A stretch of DNA of 64,000 nucleotides from a bacterium (GTDB taxonomy: Bacteria; Armatimonadota; JACIXR01). The position numbers were made by a program, and so were the translations under genes. The stretch lies in assembly GCA_014360495.1 (NCBI GenBank), contig JACIXR010000007.1, forward strand, positions 44,501 to 108,500. Reading direction: 5' to 3'. Under the pieces are notes generated by a model. It ran no database searches. It worked only from the letters and a program-made list of their open reading frames with translations, and was not told the DNA's origin. Shown here piece by piece: positions 23,185 to 31,652 of this stretch. Position 1 is the first letter of the stretch. Each line of letters starts with the position of its first letter.

Positions 23185-24606
23185 TCAACGGAAGCGTAGG
23201 GAATAGATATCCGCATCAAGCATTACGAATCTCAACCTGATGATTTTACCCTCCAGTGAGCTCAAATCCTTCCTTCCCTTCCACCGCACAACGCCCTCTA
23301 TCTCGTCGCCATATATCGTTTCGCAATCCTTAAGGGAGAAACCGGGTATAGGCTCGCCTCTCTCGATTAGGATTTCCACAAGGATTTTGCCTCCCGCCGA
23401 TGTTGAGTAGTTAAGAACAAGCTCCTTACCCTTGAATTTTAACGGATGGGTGATAAATTCTCCCCCGGGATAGGAAGCGTGGACTGAAACGAAGCCATCC
23501 ATTCTAAGGGTGAAGCGCCTGAGACAATTTCCCTCTTGAGAATATCCCTCGCTGGAGTAAATAGAGAGCTCGTCGGGGGCATTGGCAAGCTTTGATTTCG
23601 TCACCAATATTCCCCAGGCGGTCATATTGTTCCGATTAACCCACCGCTGGGGTTGAGGTCCAGGGCGAATGAAAGCTTCAAGCCATCTATGCCAGTGAAT
23701 TCCATCCCTACTCGTCATAAAGACCCCATCTGATAACCCTCCGGGAATCTGCTTCTGACGCTCGGGGAAAAATCTCTTGGGAAAACCGAGGTAAATGTGG
23801 GGAGCGCGGAAATAGGGAATGATTGCGTTTGTATAAAGATGCTCTTTTGGAACGGAACCGTAATCAAGAAATTGTGGCTCGCTCCAATTGAGAAAATCCT
23901 GGGAGGTAGCAACCATTATGTCCCTATAGCCCTCGCGAAATGCCCTGTAATATGCGACATAACATTTCTTCACTTCGTCCCAAAAAGCAAGATTTTGGGA
24001 ATCAAAGGCACCCTTCATTAAGACGGGTTCATTTTTCATCAGCCTCCAATGGATTCCATCGGGAGATTGGAAAGCATAAAGTCCTCCCTCGCCCAATCCC
24101 AGAGCCTTATAACGAGCCTCAGGAGGGCAATTGGGGGTTTTATCCTTGAAAGGAGTGAAATTGTGGGTGCCTATTCCCTGCCAAACGATGTTGTTTTTCT
24201 TTGACCCGTTGAACTCAAACAAACCTAACTCGGGTTTAACCCAGTGAATTCCATCTTTGCTTTCAGCATAACAGGTGAACTCGGGATGCTTTTTCTTAGA
24301 AGTCTCCGGGTCATGGGAAGAACCTCTATAATACATGCGAAAAATGCCATCATCTTCAAATACGGTTACATATGCTGAGGTATTTCCTTCCCAGGGCTTA
24401 TCAAAGATTATGGCGACCTCCTGAGGTATTGGATGGTGTAGTTTGAGGGAGACTCCTTCCATCTTAGCTATGAGCCAATCGTCAACGAAGAGCTCCAAAT
24501 TTGAGCCTATATCTCTTACCGGTTCCTCATCTTGAGGCTTAGTAGCTCCCGCTAAGGAAAGGAACCAAAAGCAAGCAAGCATTATACTTTTTAAGGCATA
24601 TCCCAT
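23185..24606 (-). CDS. Secreted beta-propeller glycoside-hydrolase-like protein (GH43/GH117-like fold suspected)
   Basis: 473 aa. Signal peptide MGYALKSIMLACFWFLSLAGA. Repeated W/Y-rich blade-like segments (GIFRMYYRG, DGIHWRLM, DGIHWHRW). Confidence 0.45.
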   Translation of the reverse strand: MGYALKSIMLACFWFLSLAGATKPQDEEPVRDIGSNLELFVDDWLIAKMEGVSLKLHHPIPQEVAIIFDKPWEGNTSAYVTVFEDDGIFRMYYRGSSHDPETSKKKHPEFTCYAESKDGIHWVKPELGLFEFNGSKKNNIVWQGIGTHNFTPFKDKTPNCPPEARYKALGLGEGGLYAFQSPDGIHWRLMKNEPVLMKGAFDSQNLAFWDEVKKCYVAYYRAFREGYRDIMVATSQDFLNWSEPQFLDYGSVPKEHLYTNAIIPYFRAPHIYLGFPKRFFPERQKQIPGGLSDGVFMTSRDGIHWHRWLEAFIRPGPQPQRWVNRNNMTAWGILVTKSKLANAPDELSIYSSEGYSQEGNCLRRFTLRMDGFVSVHASYPGGEFITHPLKFKGKELVLNYSTSAGGKILVEILIERGEPIPGFSLKDCETIYGDEIEGVVRWKGRKDLSSLEGKIIRLRFVMLDADIYSLRFR

Positions 24607-24695
24607 ATTTGATATATATTATATCATAAATGAAAATAGGGGGGCTCCCCTTAAGGGGAGCCCCCTATTTTCTGATTTAAAGCGGGATAAACTCT

Positions 24696-25421
24696 CTACA
24701 TTCCATAATCCTCAGCATTTCTGCATAGAGGGTCTATGTAGATATTAGTATTACGATTTCCACTTGCGTCCATCTGCCCATCCCAATCGGGAACCTGCTC
24801 CCGCTTGAACGACTTCACATGCCCATCCACAAAGGCAATGTTAGCGGTATCGTTATGGCGAAAAGCAACCAAATGCCTCTGGTGGTCAGGCTCTTCCGGC
24901 AATGTTTGCCCACCCCAACAACAGCCATTCCTTTGAGAAATGGGATGCCATACCACATGGCATTCGCCAAACATCAATACTTTGGATGGTTGTGCGATTG
25001 AGGCAAGCGATACACCATGCGGGAACCAAAAATCCGGACCCAAGCATTTGTTCCAACCATAGCTCCAATCTTGCAATTCTAAAGGTGGCTGACCCTTGCT
25101 GGGGCATATCATAATCGCCTCGTTCTTAATGTAAGGGTAAATCCCTGCGTGCCGGTAGAGATATTGAACCGCCCAGCAACCAGGAGTTGGAGAACCACAA
25201 TAAGCGTCAGCTGTTAGGAAGAAATGCTCGTCCCAATCCTGAGCATACATCAACGCAGCGGTTGCCAGGTTCCTCATATTGCTCATACATTGGCTCTTCC
25301 TAGCCATCTCTCTCGCCCTTGAGAAAACCGGAAACAGAATGGCGGCGAGAATTGCTATGATAGCTATAACCACTAGTAATTCAATTAAGGTAAAACCTCT
25401 CTTTTTACTTTTCTTTATCAC
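24696..25421 (-). CDS. DUF1559 (H-X9-DG) protein with prepilin-type N-terminal cleavage/methylation domain
   Basis: 241 aa. [32 protein letters not shown]... and C-terminal [13 protein letters not shown] (H-X9-DG). Confidence 0.88.
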   Translation of the reverse strand: MIKKSKKRGFTLIELLVVIAIIAILAAILFPVFSRAREMARKSQCMSNMRNLATAALMYAQDWDEHFFLTADAYCGSPTPGCWAVQYLYRHAGIYPYIKNEAIMICPSKGQPPLELQDWSYGWNKCLGPDFWFPHGVSLASIAQPSKVLMFGECHVVWHPISQRNGCCWGGQTLPEEPDHQRHLVAFRHNDTANIAFVDGHVKSFKREQVPDWDGQMDASGNRNTNIYIDPLCRNAEDYGM

Positions 25422-26013
25422 TTTCTATAACACCTCCTTTTTATTCTTTATTGCCCCCAATCTTCAGTTTCTCCGGTCTTTCCGGCGAGGGAGAAGCAGG
25501 GGCAAAGGCTCCTCCCTCCTTTCTAAACACTTGCTTGGCACCACCCCTTTTCATCTACGCTCATAAAAGAAGGGGGTCCAAGCCTATCTGATACTCGGAC
25601 CTCCCTTAAAACCTTTGAGGAAAGAACAAAGATATCAGAAAGCGAGTTCTCTCCCCTTCTTAGAAGGGTTCTTCTTCTCCAATTTTTAAAAATATCCATA
25701 AACATTTTTTCATCTACTAAAGTATAGGTACCTCTTTCTTTATCCCGGATATATCTATAAATATCTTACAACACGAAAACACCCTACGCAACTTTTTTAA
25801 TATTTGGGCTTTTTAAATAAAGCAATTTTGAACTTGTATGCTAACTATTAATTCCTCACCTCGTTATTTTTTCTTTTAAAATGCTATCAAAGGATAAAAG
25901 AATAGCCCGATTTGTTATAATTGATTCTTTAAATAACCTTTTAAAGGCAAGGTAGAAGTTCTTGGCGATCCCCTTTTTCTAACCCACTTCCGCTTTAGGA
26001 AACAAACTTCAAA

Positions 26014-26937
26014 TCATTTACCCTTCCCTATAATCTCAAAAAGGGTAATCTCAGGGCGGGAGCAGAAGCGAAGGGGTAGCCCTTCAGTTCCTATGCCGCG
26101 ATTCACATACAAAAGCGTCTCCCCAACCCTATACAGTCCCCTCTCATATTTTTTCCCATATTTTGAAAATGTCAACACTGCGCCATAAAACGGGATAGCA
26201 ACTTGACCGCCATGCGTATGTCCAGCGAGATAAAGGTCTATATCGTAAGCATTTAAATCCTCAATCAAATCGGGATAATGAAAGAGTAGAATAGTGAAAT
26301 CGCCACGAGCTCTCATAGCAAGGGCTTGGAGCAAAGCCGAATCATCGTTCACATCCAATCCCGCTATGTAAATATTATTGCCCGAAATGGAAATCCTTTC
26401 CCCTTCCCCCATCAGCATTTTAACTTTTAATCCCTTGAAAATGTCAACATTGGACGCAACCCCCGCATCCCAATTTCCCCTAACAGCATATATTCCGTAT
26501 TTTACTTTTAGCTCTCCAACCATCTTTCTAACCGCATCAAGAGCCTCTATTTTATTTATATAATCGCCGGTTAGGCATATTATATCGGGATTGAGAGCAT
26601 TCACAATTGAGGGAAGCCTCCTCTCATTCTTGTTCCATCCCTTGCTATGGATATCGGAAAGCTGAACAATGACTATTTTTGAACCAGTTTTGAGCTTCGG
26701 AGTTTCAATCCTAATTCTGCTCACATCTATCCAATATGGCTCAACGAAATAAGCATATAGGAGGCTTAGGATGAGAAGGGAAAATAAAAAGGTGAAAATC
26801 CAGCGAAGCCAGGGATTGGCAAATTGGCTCTCCTGCCTTTTCCCAATCCAAGCCCACAAAACCGCTATCTCAACCCCTATTATCGTGAGAACTCCGAACA
26901 AAACCAGGAAAAGCCTTATCCTCTCCTCAACTGACAA
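26014..26937 (-). CDS. Membrane-anchored metallophosphoesterase (calcineurin-like)
   Basis: 307 aa. Three N-terminal TM-like helices; motifs LSDIHS, GDYIN, GNWD and GHTHGGQ. Confidence 0.8.
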   Translation of the reverse strand: MSVEERIRLFLVLFGVLTIIGVEIAVLWAWIGKRQESQFANPWLRWIFTFLFSLLILSLLYAYFVEPYWIDVSRIRIETPKLKTGSKIVIVQLSDIHSKGWNKNERRLPSIVNALNPDIICLTGDYINKIEALDAVRKMVGELKVKYGIYAVRGNWDAGVASNVDIFKGLKVKMLMGEGERISISGNNIYIAGLDVNDDSALLQALAMRARGDFTILLFHYPDLIEDLNAYDIDLYLAGHTHGGQVAIPFYGAVLTFSKYGKKYERGLYRVGETLLYVNRGIGTEGLPLRFCSRPEITLFEIIGKGK

Positions 26938-26949
26938 ACCAGTTCTCCA

Positions 26950-29900
26950 TCATTCAAGTTTCATCAATTTATCCAGATAATTCCTTGCCTTTTTTAAATC
27001 GTCGCTTAGGAGAACGAGGGAGAATCTCTCAGCGGGAGAAATCTCTACCGCTATCTTACCTTCTTTCTGGCTTATTCTGGGAGAGGAAATCTTCCTCCAA
27101 TTCCCTTTCTCCACCTCCCCACTCTCGCCAATCAGTTTCGTCTCATCCCTTCGCAAAATCTCCACTTTCCCCTCCTCCAAGGGGATGAACAGAAGAGCGG
27201 AGGAGGAATCAATTCCCTTCCCATCAAGGGAGATAAGGATGAAATGCCCCTCGCCATTGACGATTTCCCTCCCCTTGATTTTAACCTTTCCTTGCCCTTC
27301 CACAGCGAGAGGTTCACCCTTTGATGATAAATGGATGAATCCCGTTGAACGCTCGGATAGCTCCATCTCCACTCCTTCCCATTTGTAACTTCCCGCTTTC
27401 CCATAGTTCACTAGGGTCAAAGTCCTCCCACCCTCAAGCGTAGGGATGGAAAAGGCAAGAAGCTCGGGATTCTCGGGCTCAACGGCTAAGCCCTCTATTT
27501 TTGCCATCCGCAAAACATCTTTATAAAGTCCATAAACCTCCCCCTTCATCTCCACAGGTTCCTCCACATAAAATATCTCCCCCTTCCCCAATCTAATTCT
27601 TGTAATGCCATTTTCTTCCTCCCCCTCAATCCCTTTAAGCCTTTCACCTTTCGCCTTCTTGAAGTTCTCATCTCTATCAATCTCTCCGCTAATGTAAAGC
27701 TTCCCTCCACCGCGAACGAAATCCATCAGGATGGTAAACACTTTATCGGAGATGGCGTAGGGGGAAGGATAGAGGATAAGTTCCGCATCTTTTAAGAGAG
27801 GGAGTTTGTCCTCGGTTATAATCTCAAAATCCACTTTCAATTGGAGAAGCGCCTTTATAGCTCTGCGGAAGGCATCGTGAAAGCGCATCCTCTGGCCTGA
27901 GAAAAATCCGATTTGAGGAGTGAGGAGATAAACTTTGGGCTTCTGGTATTTCGGCTGAATTGAACCGAAGAGAAGCGCCATAGCGCGCATAATATAGCCT
28001 GCCTGGCGAGGGGAGCGGTCGGCGTGAACGAGACCACAGGGGAAGATTCCCTCCATAGGGTCTCGCCAATGCCAACTGTTGAGGAAAGAAGCTCCTTCCC
28101 CAAACGCTATATGAGTTAAAAAGAGAAAGCGACGATTATATTCGTTGGTCGGCTCGTGTCCATATCCCTCAAAACCGGGATGGTTTTTTGCTCCGCACTC
28201 TCCAACGCTCAGCGGCTTCCCTAGCCACTGCATATCTATTTCCTTTAATTCCAGAGGGAAAACCGTTAAATCGCCATAGTAGTGGCGGTTGGTATAATCC
28301 ATATCCTCAGAGAGCAAAATCGGGTCGTGGATGACATCTCCCCAGCCAAATCCCTGCAAACAGCCAACTGTTATGAGAAGCCAAGGGTCGGATTTCTTCA
28401 TCGCTTCATAAAGCCTATCATACCAATTCTTCTCCCAGCGAAGATAGAATTCCGCTGTATCCCTTGCCCTCACATCGTTAACATCGGATGAGAGGGATTT
28501 TACCGCTATCTCCTCAAAGCTCTTTTCCTCCAATTTATCTCCCCACACCTCTTTCAATTTTTCAAAACTTCCATACTTTTCCCTCAGATATCTTTGAAAC
28601 TCCATTCTATGCTGGGGTGAATCCTCCCTCCGCAGAGAGGGTTCATTGCAGAGGTCAATGGTTATAAGCTTGACCCTCTTATACCTCTCAGCTATCTCCC
28701 GTGCGGTTTTCTCCTCTTCCTCCAAAGCGTTCCTATCAAGGGAGTTCCAGAGGTTAGGAGAAGCGAAGAAAATTATGTTGTGCTTTTGGGCGAGATAGAC
28801 AAGAGCGTCATTAGCCCTCTTTGCCCTCTCTGTTTCCCTCTGAGTGAAAGGCCAGAAGACACGGGATATGTGGAAGCCCCAGTCCTCCATTAGCTGGAAA
28901 TCCCTTTCCCAAGCAAGCGGAGAACAGGCGGTCACGCTATCAATCTGCCCCCACCACTCCTGTGCCCCCACTATGAATTTTGGCTTACCGCCGAAAAATA
29001 AATATGAATCTTTTATAAGCGGTCTTTTGCCCTTCATAAGATTTTCCTGCCAAATGACGAAAGCGTCCTCCATTTCGTCTATCTTGTTCCCATTCTCCCA
29101 AAGCTCGCATCCAAGATAACAGAAATCCCTCTTTTCCTCTTTGGAAATGGGATATTCTTGGGATATCTGCCTGATTTCTCCACTCTTAACCTCCACATCC
29201 ATTTCCCTCACCCATTCTTCTTTTCCTTCCTCAAACCCCAATTTAAATCTCACCCTGAATTTCCCATCATTTCTTCCCATATTCGCTATCCAAACTCTCA
29301 AATTAGCCGTTTCACCCGGACGATAACAAGCCCATTCCGTTCCCGCTCCATATAGATAAGTCTTCTTTATCAAGCTCTCCGCTAAACGAGGGAGGTAGGG
29401 AAGAAGGGCGTCCTTTGTGAACAGATTCTTGTTGTCCACACCGAATATAGCCCAGCTTGAGCCCTTATAATAGCCATCGTAGTTATGGATTATGCTGGCA
29501 AGATATCCCCTGAAGCGTCCCTGGGAATCAAAGGCATAAAGGAGCGGTAGAATGCGAGCGACATTGGGACCGAAGCCGTGCCCCGCTCCCTTGCCAATTG
29601 GTCCCACAGCAGCGAAGCCAGTGAATGGTCCCTTTAAAGCGAAATCGCTAGGGATAATCATCTGCAGGGAAGCTGGTTTAGCTAAATCGGCGTTCTCAAG
29701 GGGATGGGAAGGGTCGAAAACCCCTATCTGCTCGGGATTTGGCCACATCGCATCCTGAAGCCTTCCAAAGCGGGTGTTAATTACCTCCTGAAAGAGGATT
29801 TCCTCACCCCTCAAATCTGCTAAAATATTTATGTCCTTTATAAAAAATTTGTAAGCTTTCCCCTCTTGTTCGGTCTCCACGGAGATGCCGAAGGAAAGAT

Positions 29901-31305
29901 GGTCGGCATTCTCCGGGCGGAAATGGTCCCCCGCTATACCTCTTCCCACTGAGGGATTATCTGGCCAGTATTGAAGGTCGGCTATTGATATGTAATATTC
30001 CTTCCATTCTGATGTAAGCTCAACCCCAGAGCGCCAGCGAGAGCCATCCTTTTCCTGCCACTCAAAAAACAGCTTTTTAACCCCTTCTCCCTTCGCCTTG
30101 AAATTAGCGATTATGAAATTTGAAGGAAAGGCAGAAGGATTGACCGGTGGTGAGGAAATCGTCACCCAACCCCTCAAATCATCCACATCTACTTCCAAGA
30201 AGTTCTCGCCCTCTTCATCTTTATCCAATTTGAAGGAGGCTTCTCCCGCTGGGAAGCCCAAAGTCCATTTCTCATCTTGTGATAGGGAGAAAAGGGGATG
30301 TTTTTCCCCCTTGGGGATGGGGAGTTTTTCCTTCTCATACCAATTGCCGTCAACGAAGAATAGGGGCTTATCAAAGGCATATCCTCCAATAGTTATCATA
30401 CTTCCGCCCTCGCTCAAGAACTGCCTCACTGCTTGGGTTGCCTTGGCGGGGAAGTATGGACCATAGGGGAGGATTAAGAGGTCGAAATTTTTGGCGGAGA
30501 GAAGCGAGGGGTTTGAAAGCTCCTCAGCACCAAGAAGATAGGGGGAAAAGCCAGCCTCTTTTAAAGAGGAATATAATTCTTCAATGGAGGGAGTTCCATC
30601 AGTTTTGGGGAAATTAATTTCAGAAAAAATCGCTACATCCTTACCGATTTCCCTTTTAGATTTTATCCTCTCCATAAACTCACTCCCTTTCTCTTCCATT
30701 TTCCTAAGCTTTTCGCTGATTTCCTCATCGTAGATTGAAGGCGAATACTCACTCGCTTCATCTCCCATCTCCAATTGAACATCGTCAAACCAAGCGGTGC
30801 CATAGCCGTGAATCAGAAGGATAACCGCCACCTTGTTCGCTCCTCTGGGAACCACCGCCGTCGTCTCTATCCGTTCCCAGTCGCTATCTCCAATAATTTT
30901 CTTCTCGCTATCCTTATAGGAAATCCTTGTATCACCTGAGAAGAAACTGATTGAGCAATAAGCCCCTACTCCACCTCCTACGCCACTCGTCTTAACGAAG
31001 GCACTGAAGGTCAAATGCTGATTTGAGGCACGAATGGGAAATTCCTGATAGGCTGAATACCAACCAAGGGGCGCATCCTTAGGGATGGAAATGCGAAGTG
31101 AAAATCTTCCCGAGTGAAAAACGCTTGCATCAGTAACCGCTTCGCCGTTAGATGGTAGATTGAAACGCCAATTAGTGGGAGGAACTCCTTTTAGAGGGAA
31201 TTCAAAGCTTGAGTTAGGGAGCAGATTCAATGGCAAGCAATGAAACGAAGCAACAACCAACAATAGGGCAATAAACCCAAAATTTGCCCTCATCAACCTC
31301 GCCAT
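26950..31305 (-). CDS. Giant secreted glycoside hydrolase (clan GH-A catalytic domain) with N-terminal CBM4/9-like module
   Basis: 1451 aa. Signal peptide; N-terminal CBM-like ...FSGRFSLRI...AWFDDVQLE. GH42-like DLLILPYGPYF...GGSMITIGG. Clan GH-A NEP motif (IDLCNEPS). Confidence 0.6.
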   Translation of the reverse strand: MARLMRANFGFIALLLVVASFHCLPLNLLPNSSFEFPLKGVPPTNWRFNLPSNGEAVTDASVFHSGRFSLRISIPKDAPLGWYSAYQEFPIRASNQHLTFSAFVKTSGVGGGVGAYCSISFFSGDTRISYKDSEKKIIGDSDWERIETTAVVPRGANKVAVILLIHGYGTAWFDDVQLEMGDEASEYSPSIYDEEISEKLRKMEEKGSEFMERIKSKREIGKDVAIFSEINFPKTDGTPSIEELYSSLKEAGFSPYLLGAEELSNPSLLSAKNFDLLILPYGPYFPAKATQAVRQFLSEGGSMITIGGYAFDKPLFFVDGNWYEKEKLPIPKGEKHPLFSLSQDEKWTLGFPAGEASFKLDKDEEGENFLEVDVDDLRGWVTISSPPVNPSAFPSNFIIANFKAKGEGVKKLFFEWQEKDGSRWRSGVELTSEWKEYYISIADLQYWPDNPSVGRGIAGDHFRPENADHLSFGISVETEQEGKAYKFFIKDINILADLRGEEILFQEVINTRFGRLQDAMWPNPEQIGVFDPSHPLENADLAKPASLQMIIPSDFALKGPFTGFAAVGPIGKGAGHGFGPNVARILPLLYAFDSQGRFRGYLASIIHNYDGYYKGSSWAIFGVDNKNLFTKDALLPYLPRLAESLIKKTYLYGAGTEWACYRPGETANLRVWIANMGRNDGKFRVRFKLGFEEGKEEWVREMDVEVKSGEIRQISQEYPISKEEKRDFCYLGCELWENGNKIDEMEDAFVIWQENLMKGKRPLIKDSYLFFGGKPKFIVGAQEWWGQIDSVTACSPLAWERDFQLMEDWGFHISRVFWPFTQRETERAKRANDALVYLAQKHNIIFFASPNLWNSLDRNALEEEEKTAREIAERYKRVKLITIDLCNEPSLRREDSPQHRMEFQRYLREKYGSFEKLKEVWGDKLEEKSFEEIAVKSLSSDVNDVRARDTAEFYLRWEKNWYDRLYEAMKKSDPWLLITVGCLQGFGWGDVIHDPILLSEDMDYTNRHYYGDLTVFPLELKEIDMQWLGKPLSVGECGAKNHPGFEGYGHEPTNEYNRRFLFLTHIAFGEGASFLNSWHWRDPMEGIFPCGLVHADRSPRQAGYIMRAMALLFGSIQPKYQKPKVYLLTPQIGFFSGQRMRFHDAFRRAIKALLQLKVDFEIITEDKLPLLKDAELILYPSPYAISDKVFTILMDFVRGGGKLYISGEIDRDENFKKAKGERLKGIEGEEENGITRIRLGKGEIFYVEEPVEMKGEVYGLYKDVLRMAKIEGLAVEPENPELLAFSIPTLEGGRTLTLVNYGKAGSYKWEGVEMELSERSTGFIHLSSKGEPLAVEGQGKVKIKGREIVNGEGHFILISLDGKGIDSSSALLFIPLEEGKVEILRRDETKLIGESGEVEKGNWRKISSPRISQKEGKIAVEISPAERFSLVLLSDDLKKARNYLDKLMKLE

Positions 31306-31334
31306 TCCTTACTGGCTAGCTCAAGAACGATATT

Positions 31335-31580
31335 CTATACTCCCTTTGAGATGATGAGCATGAGGGCTTTGTAGAGCCCGAAGCCGAAGAAGAGGAGCCC
31401 GAAACCCATTAAGATGATAGGTAGAACGATGCTGGGAGCGGTTACACGACTGCGAGGGAAGCCGTATACTTGCACGCGCAATATCAAAATCAAAACCAAG
31501 AGCACAAGACCTAGCGCCAATATCGTGAAACCTTGTGCAGCTATGATAAAAGCCTGTAGATAATTCATGTGGTTAAACAC
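31335..31580 (-). CDS. Small two-TM membrane protein, hypothetical
   Basis: 81 aa with two hydrophobic helices, sitting between GH genes on the same strand. Confidence 0.4.
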   Translation of the reverse strand: MFNHMNYLQAFIIAAQGFTILALGLVLLVLILILRVQVYGFPRSRVTAPSIVLPIILMGFGLLFFGFGLYKALMLIISKGV

Positions 31581-31652
31581 CCCTTTCGGGTAATTTCTGA
31601 ATCTATTTTACAACAAATGATAAATCAAGCAAGAAAAATTTCACTTTGTATA

